From contig OZ024742.1 in the NCBI GenBank assembly GCA_964016885.1, positions 352,842,001-352,906,000 of the forward strand: a DNA stretch of 64,000 nucleotides, given 5' to 3'. Positions 1-12,390 of this stretch are shown here, piece by piece; the first letter of the stretch is position 1, and every line of letters starts with the position of its first letter. Under the pieces are notes generated by a model. The model had not been told where the DNA came from. It worked only from the letters and a program-made list of their open reading frames with translations, and made no database searches. Source of the stretch: Eledone cirrhosa. Taxonomy: Eukaryota. Both the position numbers and the translations under genes were made by a program.

Positions 1-3000
1 GAAAATGAAAGAAACTGACATGGGGGAACGAGACACCCTCCCTAAGATCCAGAACTCCAAACAGAACCAAAAGATAATACACAAGACTAACATAATTCTC
101 AAAAACATTATCATCACAAACAAACTAAACATTACTGACTTAAATCATCTCTATTATGCATCGGCTAAAGTCACCACTCACTTATGTGGAGTGAAGATGA
201 AAAAACAAAGGAATTCCCACAAGAAATCTACTTGGCAAGATAACATCAATCGCCAAATAAACCTTCTCCGATCTGACATAGAAATTTTAACAAACTATAA
301 AGTAGGTGAACATGTTAAACAAACTAAACTTAGAAAATTGAAAAAAAAGTACAGTATAAGATCAACATGTGACATAGACATGCTGATAGAAACAATCAAG
401 CAAAAAGTGTCGGCCAAAGCTGCTCGTATAAGGCGCTTTGAAAAACGATCTAGATTCTATAAGGACAATAATATGTTCAAAAACAACCAAAGAAACTTCT
501 ACAGAAAAATTGGTAAGTCAACAATAACTGCTAAATCAATACCACCCAAGGAGGAAGTGAAAGAATTCTGGGAAAAGATCTGGGCCGAAGAAAAAGTTCA
601 TAACATACATGCCCCATGGATAGACAGACAAATGAAAGAAACAGCTCACCTTGAAGAACAAACATGGGAAAATATAACAGTTGAACAGCTGCGCTTGGCT
701 CTAAGAAAAACCAGCAAATGGAAATCCCCAGGAAAAGACAAAATACAAAACTTTTGGATAAATGCCTTCACAGAGTCTCATGAGCTGTTGGCCCAACTTT
801 ACAATGAAATAGTTAAGGAGCCAGAAAAGATACCATCATGGCTAGTTAACGGCATTACATTCCTGCTACCGAAGAATGATGAGACAAACAATCCCAAAAA
901 TTACAGACCGATAACCTGCTTGACCACAATGTATAAAATTTTAACATCAGTCCTAACTGAATACACATATGACCACCTGATAACAAATGACCTATTTCCC
1001 ATTGAGCAGAAAGGGTGTAAACGAGGCTCATATGGCTGTAAGGATCAGCTTCTGGTTAACAAAATGATACTGGAAGATTGTCATAATAGACACAAAAATC
1101 TATCGATTGCTTGGATAGATTATAAAAAAGCATTTGATAGTTTGCCACACAGTTGGATTGAAAAATGTTTAGAGATTTTCAAAATATCCCCCGTTGTCAG
1201 GAGGTTTTTGTCATTCAGTATGAGGACATGGAGAACGACACTCCTTTTGAATAGTGAAACAAAATCACTGGAAGCTGGAGAAGTTAACATTAATTGTGGA
1301 ATTTTTCAGGGTGACTCTTTATCACCGCTTTTATTCTGCATCGCACTTATACCATTAAGTAAAATGCTCAATGAAACAAAACATGGATATAGAGTCTATG
1401 ACAAAACCATTAATCACCTGTTCTACATGGATGACCTGAAACTATTCGCAAAAAATGATGAACAATTGCAAGGGCTATTATCCACTGTGAAGCAGTTCAG
1501 TGATGACATTAAAATGGAGTTTGGACTGGATAAATGCGCCAAAGCAACGTTCACCAGAGGAAAGCTGCTGAAGAGTTCAGACATTAATCTTGATCGGGGG
1601 AACGTGATAAGAGAGCTTGATCAAGAACAAACTTACAAATATCTAGGTGTTTGTGAAGGAGACGGAATCAAGCACTCGACAATGAGGGAAAGGATAAGGA
1701 AGGAATGTTACCGCAGAGTCAGAGCAATCTTAAGAACGGAATTGAATGCAAGGAATAGGATCGATGCCATAAACACGCTTGCCATACCAGTAGTAACCTA
1801 CAGTTACAATGTCATCAACTGGTCAAGCACAGAGATCCGTAGGCTCGATACAAAAATCCGAAAATTCTTAACCATGCACAGAATGCATCACCCTAAGGCA
1901 GACATAGATAGAATATATCTCCCTAGGAAAGAAGGAGGACGTGGGTTAATCCAGTTAGACATTGCGTTGAAAACTGCAACAATTGGATTATCCACATATC
2001 TAAGGGAATCACATGATTGGATGATCAAACTCGTTTTGAAACACGAAAGCACCAAAAGATCATATTCCATTACAAAAGATGCACAAAGATACAGTAATGG
2101 ACTACAAATTTCAGAAGTCCCATTTACTGCTGAAATGGAAAACACAGAAAAAGCAAAGCAGGTAAAAGTAACTGCAAAGAAAGAACTGCTACAGAAACTG
2201 GCTAAGAAATGGCAAGAAAAGCCTCTGTATGGAAAATACCCAGAGCGAGCTAACAATCCTGATGTTGACAAAACTTTAACCCATCAGTGGTTGGCATCCT
2301 CTGGACTGAAATCGGAGACTGAAGGACTGATTATCTCCGCACAAGATCAGTGTCTGCCAACAAAAAATTACCAAGCCAACATAATAAAAAATGGGTGCAG
2401 CCCATTATGCCGTGTATGCAAAAAACAACCAGAGACCATTGACCATATAATTTCAATGTGCAGTCCTATAGCTCCAACCGAATACCTAAACAGGCATGAC
2501 AGAGCTGCACAATACATACATTGGATAATGTGTAAGCATTTTGACCTGCCCCATCAAAAGAATTGGTGGGAGCATCAACCACTTCCCATACTTGAAAAAG
2601 ATCACATCTCAATCTTGTGGAACTTTAGCATCCAAACAGACCGAAAAATAGATGCAAATAGACCTGATATAATATTGAAGGACTTTCAAAGGAGGGTATG
2701 CCTGCTAATTGATATGTCTGTTCCAATAGACAAGAATGTATCTATAAAAACATTTGAAAAATTGAGCAAGTATAAGGACCTGGAGATAGAAATTGGAAAA
2801 ATGTGGAAATTGAGAACTAAAACAATACCAGTGGTTGTAGGCGCTCTGGGAATGATACCTAAGGGGTCTAACGACTACTTATCGCAAATCCCAGGAAACC
2901 CGCGTATAGGAGAAATACAAAAGATAGTACTAATGGGAACTGCCCATATACTAAGGAAGATCCTGTCAATATAAGTACATCACAAGTCTAAACACTAAGG

Positions 3001-3130
3001 ATGCATGTGTGAATATGTGTTCTTTCTTGAACATGGCGGACCTTGTTGTCTCTTGAGGTCACTGGTTGTGACTTGGTGATAACTCGTATAAACATAAAGC
3101 AAGATAAATGCAAATAATAATAATAATAAT
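1..3130 (+). mobile_element. R4/Dong-clade non-LTR retrotransposon, family A, copy 1 (5' part outside window)
   Basis: ORF with RT (QGDSLSP, YMDD), CCHC knuckle (CRVC..HIISMC) and restriction-like endonuclease (RPD..LIDMSVP..K..KY); 3' UTR 2975-3112 ends in (AAT)n 3113-3130. Confidence 0.95.
5..2974 (+). CDS. RT-CCHC-RLE polyprotein of Dong family A (N-terminus cut by window edge)
   Basis: Uninterrupted 989 aa, nearly identical to the C-terminal 989 aa of 29913..33563. Confidence 0.92.
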   Translation: MKETDMGERDTLPKIQNSKQNQKIIHKTNIILKNIIITNKLNITDLNHLYYASAKVTTHLCGVKMKKQRNSHKKSTWQDNINRQINLLRSDIEILTNYKVGEHVKQTKLRKLKKKYSIRSTCDIDMLIETIKQKVSAKAARIRRFEKRSRFYKDNNMFKNNQRNFYRKIGKSTITAKSIPPKEEVKEFWEKIWAEEKVHNIHAPWIDRQMKETAHLEEQTWENITVEQLRLALRKTSKWKSPGKDKIQNFWINAFTESHELLAQLYNEIVKEPEKIPSWLVNGITFLLPKNDETNNPKNYRPITCLTTMYKILTSVLTEYTYDHLITNDLFPIEQKGCKRGSYGCKDQLLVNKMILEDCHNRHKNLSIAWIDYKKAFDSLPHSWIEKCLEIFKISPVVRRFLSFSMRTWRTTLLLNSETKSLEAGEVNINCGIFQGDSLSPLLFCIALIPLSKMLNETKHGYRVYDKTINHLFYMDDLKLFAKNDEQLQGLLSTVKQFSDDIKMEFGLDKCAKATFTRGKLLKSSDINLDRGNVIRELDQEQTYKYLGVCEGDGIKHSTMRERIRKECYRRVRAILRTELNARNRIDAINTLAIPVVTYSYNVINWSSTEIRRLDTKIRKFLTMHRMHHPKADIDRIYLPRKEGGRGLIQLDIALKTATIGLSTYLRESHDWMIKLVLKHESTKRSYSITKDAQRYSNGLQISEVPFTAEMENTEKAKQVKVTAKKELLQKLAKKWQEKPLYGKYPERANNPDVDKTLTHQWLASSGLKSETEGLIISAQDQCLPTKNYQANIIKNGCSPLCRVCKKQPETIDHIISMCSPIAPTEYLNRHDRAAQYIHWIMCKHFDLPHQKNWWEHQPLPILEKDHISILWNFSIQTDRKIDANRPDIILKDFQRRVCLLIDMSVPIDKNVSIKTFEKLSKYKDLEIEIGKMWKLRTKTIPVVVGALGMIPKGSNDYLSQIPGNPRIGEIQKIVLMGTAHILRKILSI

Positions 3131-4845
3131 TGACATCAACTGGAGTATCCTTGGGAAGCGTGAAGATCAAGAGAGGTATCTTCCAGGGAGATAGCCTGTC
3201 CCCTCTGTTGTTTGTCGTTGCCCTGATGCCCTTGACCATTATGCTGCGAAAAGTGAGAGCAGGATACAAGTTGGGAAGGGGAGAGCTTACCATCAATCAC
3301 CTCCTCTTCATGGACGATCTTAAGCTCTTCGGGAAAAGTGAGAAGGAGTTGGATGTGCTTGTTGACACTGTCCGTATTTTCAGCAGTGATATATGTATGC
3401 AGTTTGGTATTGGTAAATGTGGAGTCATTGTGATGAAGAGGGGTAGGTTGAGCAGAAGTAACGGGATCCAGATACCAACAGGTGAGATGATAAAGGAAAT
3501 TGACTCTGAGGAAGGATACAAGTATTTGGGCGTTCTGGAGGCTGATGGCATAAAGAACAAAAAAATGAAGGAATTGTTAAGAACTGAATACATTCGGAGA
3601 GTAAGGAGCGTATTGAAGTCACATCTGAACAGCAGAAATGCCATAAGCGCAGTAAATTCCCGAGCTGTGTCTATTATTAGGTACAGTGCGGGAATTCTGA
3701 GATGGAATGTTGCTGAACAAAAAGAAATGGATAGGAAGACTAGGAAGCTATTTACTATCTACAACATGTTCCACAAGAGGAGTGATGTCGATAGACTCTA
3801 CCTAAGGAGATCTGAGGGTGGAAGAGGTCTTATCAGCATAGAGGACTGTGTTCAGATGGAGAAAAACAACCTATACAAATACGTGACCTATAGTAAGGAG
3901 CCAATGCTCAGAACTGTACTGAAGGAGGGGACAGTAGGCCAGGGGATGTCCAAGGAGGAAATAACATCAAGGAGGAAGAGCAGCCTTAAGGGAAAATCCC
4001 TTCATAGTACCTTCTTTGAGAAAACTGAATTTAGAGATCCACAGACATGGAACTGGTTGAGAAGAGGAGACCTCAAAAAGGCTACAGAAGGAATGCTAAT
4101 GGCTGCCCAGGAGCAGGCCCTCAAAACGAAGTGGTTGAAGCACCATATCTACAAGGAGGAGGCTAGCCCACTGTGCAGGATCTGTGGAGAGAGAGAGGAG
4201 ACTGTGGCTCACATTGTGTCCGAGTGTAAACACCTAGCCCAGACCCACTATAAGGGCTGGAGACAAGATGTGATGGGCAGGGTGATCCACTGGCACCTGT
4301 GCAAAGTAAACAATTTACCACATTCTGAGAAATGGTATGAGCATAGGCCAGAGGCAGTGATGGAGAACAATCAGGTGAAGGTGCTGTGGGATTTTAGGAT
4401 ACAGACGGACAAAAAACTGGAACACAATAGACCTGACCTGGTGGTTGTGGACAAAGAAAAAAGATCGTGTCTGATTGTGGATGTGGCCTGCCCGTTCGAC
4501 ACGACAGTGCAAGAGAAGGAGAGGGTGAAAATTCACCGATACCAGGACCGAAAGTGGGAGGTGAAAAGGATTTGGAACTGCCATGAAGTCAAAGTGATCC
4601 CGATTGTCATAGGCGCACTGGGGACTATCTCAAAAAGTTTCCAGGGATGGTTAAAGGAAATCGGCCCCTTCACGCGTTTTGGAACGCTTCAAAAGGCATG
4701 CTTGCTTGGAACAGCAAGAACCCTCCGACACGTCCTGAATATCTGAGGCTGCAGGTAGTGGCTTGATATTCAATCCAACGGACTTTCCAGTTAACCAACA
4801 TCAATGACTGAGATTCAAGGAATAACAACAATAATAATAATAATA
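3131..4845 (+). mobile_element. R4/Dong family B, 5'-truncated copy
   Basis: Starts mid-RT directly after the (TAA)n tail of A; FMDD, CRIC..HIVSEC, RPD..VDVACP motifs; ORF stops at 4746; AAC/AAT tail. Confidence 0.93.
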
Positions 4846-5799
4846 AGTAAGGAGCCAATGCTCAGAACTGTACTGAAGGAGGGGACAGTAGGCCAGGGGA
4901 TGTCCAAGGAGGAAATAACATCAAGGAGGAAGAGCAGCCTTAAGGGAAAATCCCTTCATAGTACCTTCTTTGAGAAAACTGAATTTAGAGATCCACAGAC
5001 ATGGAACTGGTTGAGAAGAGGAGACCTCAAAAAGGCTACAGAAGGAATGCTAATGGCTGCCCAGGAGCAGGCCCTCAAAACGAAGTGGTTGAAGCACCAT
5101 ATCTACAAGGAGGAGGCTAGCCCACTGTGCAGGATCTGTGGAGAGAGAGAGGAGACTGTGGCTCACATTGTGTCCGAGTGTAAACACCTAGCCCAGACCC
5201 ACTATAAGGGCTGGAGACAAGATGTGATGGGCAGGGTGATCCACTGGCACCTGTGCAAAGTAAACAATTTACCACATTCTGAGAAATGGTATGAGCATAG
5301 GCCAGAGGCAGTGATGGAGAACAATCAGGTGAAGGTGCTGTGGGATTTTAGGATACAGACGGACAAAAAACTGGAACACAATAGACCTGACCTGGTGGTT
5401 GTGGACAAAGAAAAAAGATCGTGTCTGATTGTGGATGTGGCCTGCCCGTTCGACACGACAGTGCAAGAGAAGGAGAGGGTGAAAATTCACCGATACCAGG
5501 ACCGAAAGTGGGAGGTGAAAAGGATTTGGAACTGCCATGAAGTCAAAGTGATCCCGATTGTCATAGGCGCACTGGGGACTATCTCAAAAAGTTTCCAGGG
5601 ATGGTTAAAGGAAATCGGCCCCTTCACGCGTTTTGGAACGCTTCAAAAGGCATGCTTGCTTGGAACAGCAAGAACCCTCCGACACGTCCTGAATATCTGA
5701 GGCTGCAGGTAGTGGCTTGATATTCAATCCAACGGACTTTCCAGTTAACCAACATCAATGACTGAGATTCAAGGAATAACAACAATAATAATAATAATA
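4846..5799 (+). mobile_element. R4/Dong family B, short 5'-truncated copy (954-bp tandem unit)
   Basis: Begins at AGTAAGGAGCC; carries the same variants and tail as the 3' part of 3131-4845. Confidence 0.92.
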
Positions 5800-6746
5800 A
5801 GTAAGGAGCCAATGCTCAGAACTGTACTGAAGGAGGGGACAGTAGGCCAGGGGATGTCCAAGGAGGAAATAACATCAAGGAGGAAGAGCAGCCTTAAGGG
5901 AAAATCCCTTCATAGTACCTTCTTTGAGAAAACTGAATTTAGAGATCCACAGACATGGAACTGGTTGAGAAGAGGAGACCTCAAAAAGGCTACAGAAGGA
6001 ATGCTAATGGCTGCGCAGGAGCAGGCCCTCAAAACGAAGTGGTTGAAGCACCATATTTACAAGGAGGAGGCTAGCCCACTGTGCAGGATCTGTGGAGAGA
6101 GAGAGAAGACTGTGGCTCACATTGTGTCCGAGTGTAAACACCTAGCCCAGACCCACTATAAGGGCTGGAGACACGATGTGATGGGCAGGGTGATCCACTG
6201 GCACCTGTGCAAAGTAAACAATTTACCACATTCTGAGAAATGGTATGAGCATAGGCCAGAGGCGGTGATGGAGAACAATCAGGTGAAGGTGCTGTGGGAT
6301 TTTAGGATACAGACGGACAAAAAACTGGAACACAATAGACCTGACCTGGTGGTTGTGGACAAAGAAAAAAGATCGTGTCTGATTGTGGATGTGGCCTGCC
6401 CTTTCGACACGAGAGTGCAAGAGAAGGAGAGGGAGAAAATTAACCGATACCAGGACCTAAAGTGGGAGGTGAAAAGGATTTGGAACTGCCATGAAGTCAA
6501 AGTGATCCCGATTGTCATAGGCGCACTGGGGACTATCTCCAAAGGTTTCCAGGGATGGTTAAAGAAAATCGGCCCCTTCACGCTTTTTGGAACGCTTCAA
6601 AAGGCATGCTTGCTGGGAACAGCAAGAACCCTCCGATACGTCCTGAATATCTGAGGCTGCAGGTATTGGCTTGATATTCATTCCAACGGACTTTCCAGTT
6701 AACCAACATCAATGACTGAGATTCAAGGAATAACAACAATAATAAT
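5800..6746 (+). mobile_element. R4/Dong family B, short 5'-truncated copy
   Basis: Same 5' breakpoint as 4846, but has the variants seen in the full-length B (RHD, TRV, QDLK, TLF). Confidence 0.92.
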
Positions 6747-9700
6747 GCTTTCTTTATTAACTACAAGGGTTTACACAAACTAGACAGTAAGTACAGTACA
6801 GGATAATACAGGACGGTACGAATGGGCATTTCTGCGGCGTGTAAAAAAAACGGAGTATTTAATAAAACATAACGATGAAACATTCCCCAATAGGGCGGAG
6901 ATTTCCGAAGGATATTTGTGGAGAGGGCCTATTAAAAGGCCACAGTGACCCTGACCCCAGTTTTCCACCTTTAATTTACAGACACATATTCAGAGTAGGC
7001 CAATTCACTCGGGTCATACTTGCTTCTCTCACCCATCTTCCAACAAAATGCTGGGAAGAGAGCACTTCCCTCTCTACCCTGATTTTCCTTTTCAAATGAA
7101 AGTTGAAAAGGTTAATCTGGGCATCACCAAAGAGGTAAGTGCTCGTCTTCAGCCCTTTCAGACGTGTCCACCATTCTATCTCTTTCGCCATCGCCACCAG
7201 ACAGATAAAAACTACCTGCCCTTCCCGACTAAAGGAAGTGGGCGGGGCAATCCTGACGATGGACTCAGCTGATAGCTGGATCCGTCCTACGCGTGACAGC
7301 AGGTGATCGACATAGACCCACAAGTCAGCAACGCTCGGACACTGGACGAGTGCGTGCAGGACGGTTTCGTCGCCCTGCGCGCATCTCGGACATGCCCGGT
7401 TGACGGCACCTCCATGCCTGTAGACTTTATCCCGAACTGGCAAAGCTCCTCCGTAGCACTGCCAGGCCAGGGATTTCTGGATGTTGCCCATAGGCCAGGC
7501 GCGAAAGTCCTTACGTAGAGATTGGCTAGTTGATTTTCGTCGACGCCTAGAGTTTCTCCAAGTACGTCGTCGCTCTTCCCCTCCACTAATCCTCTATAGA
7601 ACGCCAAGGTGGAGATTCCACCGATCACATTGCCCGATTGGTCGAGGGCTGTGAGCGCCTGAAGACATTCCAGTCTCCAAGCGCTCCCTCTCGGTCTTCG
7701 CTTGACCCAGGACTGCAGCTCCGTCAAGGAGCCGAGCTGGAGAAAGACGTGTCTAGCAAACGGCGACCTCACCTGATCACTGCCGAGGAAGAGGTGGAGA
7801 TGTCGTAGCCTGACCGCGTGTCTGCGCCTCATCAGCCACAGCAAGCCCAGCCCTCCACGTAGCGGGTGTTGACAGCAAATGGACCGCCTGACGATCGGAG
7901 CGCGTCCCTTCCACACAAAGCGAAAGAGCAAACGCTCCAGCGCAGTCAGGCGGAGCTTAGGGCAAGGTACGTCTGTCAGGGGGTAGTCGATGACGGACGC
8001 GATGTACGCGTTAGCCACCTCAGCTCGACCTTTCAGGGATAGCTTCCTCTCCGCCCATTTCTGGGTGAGTGAAGCCACCATGCTCGTCACCTCGTCCCAG
8101 TTTTTGCCAGACCCCTAGCAATTTAACCGCTCCGTCACCAGCGCCCGACGACGCTGTTGGACGGCATGAACCTGCCTCTCCATGCCGGGCTGCAGGCCCA
8201 CTGACTTTTCCTAGTTGATCATTGCTCCTGTCACCGCTTCGTATTCTCTTAGTGTAGTGCCGATCGCCTCGATGTGTTTGGCGTTCGACACCACTACGGT
8301 GACATCGTCCGCATATGCTGACACGGATCTTTCGCATCCTAGTTCGCGCGGGAACCCCCTCAACGTCTCCAGTAATGATTCTAGCGTCAATACGTTCAAG
8401 AGGGTCGAGAGGGGACATCCTTGTCGGACCGAGCGCATGATGTTGAACGGTTTCGAAAGGTGACCGTTCACTCTCACCACAGAGCAGATGTCGCTGTGCA
8501 TTTCAACGATCCAGCCTCTGAAGTCGGGCCCAAAGCCAGCCGCCCTCAGGTCTGTCGCTAGGTAACGATGGTCGACCGTATCGAATGCTTTCGACTGATC
8601 TGAATTGATCAAGGGCACACTCGTGCCAGGTTCCCTAGGTACCCTCTCTACGATGTATCGCTTGAGGTGGAGGTTGTCGTGGATGGATCTGTCGGGAATG
8701 GCGCACGTCTGCGCAACTAACCAGACCACCAACGACAAGCACCGACCTCTTTGCTAGCACCTTGGCCAAAATCTTGAACTCTGTGTTTAGCAGAGTTATG
8801 GGCCTGAAATTATCTGTTATCCCCCTTGTTCGGATCCTTTCTCACAGCCCCACAGCTCCTCGGCTCACAGAGCTGGGAATTCTCCCGTTCTGTTGCCAGT
8901 TGCAGTAGACATCCGCCAAGAGGCTCCGAACAAGTCTGGCATCTGTACGTAAAGTTCATAGGGCAGACCATCCAAACCAGGGGATTTACCCCTTGTGCAG
9001 ACAGTCATTGCGTCCCGAACTTCAGCGGCTGTTATCGGCTTTGCGCAACACTCAGCCTCAGCGGCCGAGAGCCGCGGCAGTCAATCGAGGTAGACACTAA
9101 ATTCCATCCCTCGATCCAGCTCGCCGCTGCCTCCAAACAGCTGTGCGAAGTGTCGCTGTAAAACTTCACGCATTTTCCCGGGATCGAGTAGCATGCGCCC
9201 GTCATGGTCCACCGAAGACCGGATCGTGCTTTGTTGCCACGACGCGCCTTCGCCACTCGGGCCCATTAAACGACTTTCGTCCCCTCGTGTCTCAGAGCAC
9301 GCACCCTAGCTCTGACAACGCAGCCTTCGTGCTTTGCATTGAAGAATTGGTGAAGAGCCAATTTCGCCGCCAGTTCGTCGTCCGCAATGCCTTTGCTAAG
9401 CGCCTCATCTAATTTTCTAACTTATTCTCCCTCTGCTCTATTTTTCTCTATTGCTAAAGCCTTACTAAACCTAATGGACTCTATTCTAATTGCTATTTTC
9501 AGAGCAAACCACCACATGTTGTTGACGATGTCCCCCGTCAACGCCCGCTTAACTAATTCGCTAATCCTGTCTCTGTAAGCCTTGCGCGCTAGTAGGGACG
9601 CGTTTAGCTTCCAGTAGCCGGGCCCTCGTCTATGAAGCCTATCTAAGTCAAGCACACAGATCACGAATTTGTGGTCCGTGTAGCTGACTATCTTGAATTG

Positions 9701-12390
9701 TGGACAGCTTATGCTAGACCTATCTATTTCTCTACAAACTACACTATCTAGATATGATCTGGATGAGCCTATGCGATTTGTCCAAGTCCACATTGGCACA
9801 TTCGGGAAATCCAATCGGTACCTGTCAGACAGTTCAAAACGCATGAGCAGGTTGGTGATGCTCTTGCAACCTCCTCCCATTTCCTCTAATCCCACACAGT
9901 CCCAGCATGCATCTACGATCCCGTTCCAGTCGCCCACTAACATGAAAGAGTGGGAGGTTCCAAGAAAGTTCTCCAGACGCCGAAAGAAATCAGGCCGCCC
10001 TGCTCCTGTCGGGGCATAGACGGCCACTAACCTGAAAGCTTGCCCGTCTCCGCTGGTCACGTCTTGCACCACCACCTTACCTTCTGTGTCCAGGAAGATG
10101 GCCCGTATGGCGAGATCGAAACCTCTCCGAAAAAGCACAGAAACTCCTCGCCTCGATCCCGGACGGCTGGGAGATGCGTACATATCGTAGCCGCCGAAGA
10201 ACGATGCGAAGGCCCGTGCTTCGGAGATTCTGGTCTCGCTGATGGCCACTACATCTATGTTTAGTGACCTGAGGTCGTTGAGCAGGTGGTCCTGCTTCCA
10301 TGACGACCCCAACCCACTTAGATTTATGCTGCCTATTCTGAGTGAAGTCATGATGAAATGGAGTGGAAAAGATGGGAAAGACCACTTACCTTACTTTTCG
10401 TAGAAGAAGGGCAGTTTCTCCATCCTGTTCACTGCTTGTGGCCTCCTCAGGAAGGATGTCCTTATAAATCCTCCTGGAGAGTGCTTGTCGGAAGTCTCCG
10501 ATGTCTTTGCAGAATTTTTGTTTTAGTGTCATGTACGTTTTTGTGTGATGCGAGTGATTTGTATGTGTGGAGGGTGTGTGAACATTTGGGTTGTTGTGTA
10601 GTCTTTTTCTGTGATGCTAGTGTTGTGTTGGATGTAGTGTAATAATTGGTTGTTGTTCAAATTTAATGATGTGTAGTGTGTATCGTTTTGGTTGTTTGGT
10701 TTTGTTTGCGTTTGTTATGGGTTTGTTTCTGTTTCGCTTTTTGGTGACTTTTGTGGTGTAGGTGATGGTGGTGTTAGGGTTAATGATGGTGATGGTGTTC
10801 GTCTTTGGGGTGATGGGGTTGGTGATGCTGGTGTGGATGGTGGCATATCTGTCCTAACTTTTTTGTTTGATAGTTTATTTGTTTCTCTCTGTACTTTGTT
10901 TTTGGAGGGGGAAGGAAGAGAATTTTTTTCTTTTTTGGTTTCTTTTTTTCTTTTTTCCTGATACCGTTTCCCACTCCTCGTCGCCACAATCTGTCTCCAG
11001 TTGTGATAGGCCGGGGAGTGAACAATCCTCCACAGGCTTTAGTTTTGGTTGTGGCGAGGTGGATGGTGTAGGCGCTGGTGCTAGTTCTGGCGTGTTGAGT
11101 GGTGGTGGTGTTGGATTTGCTACTATTGCTGGGGTTGTTGCTGTTACAGTTGCTTCTGTTGTTGCTGCTACAATTGTTGCTGGATTCTCTGCTGCTGGTG
11201 GTGTTGATGGTTGAGTCACTGGGGTGGGTAGGAGAGGTAGCCTCAGCCTTTTAGCCTGAGGGCAGAAAGCCCTTAGGTGGGTTCCTTCACCACAGACGAC
11301 ACGCCAACGCCTTCTGCCCTCAACAATTACGGTCAGGTGTCCGTCAGTGAGGTCTATTACCCCTGGGATCTCCTCAATGCTCTTTTGGTCTGCTTGGATC
11401 AGGAGCTCCATCCCAGATCCGGACCAGTTCTCCTGCTTTTCTTTTGCTATTTCGATTATCTTGCTGTTGGCTTCGATGCCGACGAGGACGGCAGCTATTA
11501 GCCAGGGAATTTCGTTGGCCGGTGGAACCTGGGTCGCCCTGATCTTTACGAGTCTCTGGCCACAATAGCTTGGGACGAGTGTGAAGTAGTCACTTCTTAA
11601 TGGGGCCATGTAGTGTTCTCTAGCCTCCTGTGGTGTTTCAAAGAACACGTCCACGGTTTCATTCTTCTGCCCACGTCTGATGTGGGGTTTTTTTGTCCAC
11701 ACATGTCCCAAAGCTTTTTGGATTTGGGACTCGGATGCCCGTTCCACTCGGCCCTATTTTATATTAATTGTTCGATAACACACGGTGCATAGGCGCCAAT
11801 GCTCCATTTTATTAGGTGTGTTTGTGGGGGGTGAGGCTGACTCTGTACCCATCTTTCTTTGCCGTTTTTTTGGGTTCTTCTAATTCCTCCTGAATTACCT
11901 GAAATGCTTCGCACTCTTTTGCTACTCTGGCAAAACTCAGGGTGGTTTTCTTAAATTCATTGTTGCTGTTGTTGTTATCGTTATTTTTGTTATTATTAAT
12001 TTTAGTTTCAGTTGTGGTGGTGGTGGCGTCAGTGGTGTTCGGTGTGGAAGAGTTCATTTTGTTTGAATTCATTTCGATATCACGAGTTAATTTATATTTT
12101 TCTTTTGTTTCTGTTGTCGCGGTGGTGGTGGGGGTGGTGGTTATCGGGTTGGTGGTGGTGATGGCGGCTTTATCACCTGCATTCATTGGTAATGGCGGGA
12201 AATGAGTGTCTGACTGAGACGAACTTAAAATATTGCTACTGCTTATATTATTTAGTGTTGGAAAACGTAATAATATTTACAATGGTGGTGTCGGTGTGAG
12301 GTGTTAGTTTGTGAGAAACGAGTGACTCTGAGTCAGCCATGATGTTTCAAAGAAAAATGTTTGTTTGATAACTATAAAAGATTAAATGTT
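6747..12390 (-). mobile_element. Tx1-clade (L1 group) non-LTR retrotransposon, near full length, decayed
   Basis: ORF1 remnants 12340-10385 with degenerate CCHC (VVCGEGTHLRAFC). ORF2 from 10351: APE (GSINLSGL, ISETR, VYAP, GDWN, TDHK), RT (QGCPLS, YADDV), C-terminal CPRC..H..C. 3' end AATAAAGAAAGC. Frameshifts and stops; 5' boundary approximate. Confidence 0.88.
9422..10351 (-). pseudogene. Apurinic-like endonuclease domain, N-terminus of Tx1 ORF2
   Basis: 309-aa open segment with canonical APE motifs, followed by a premature stop. Confidence 0.88.
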
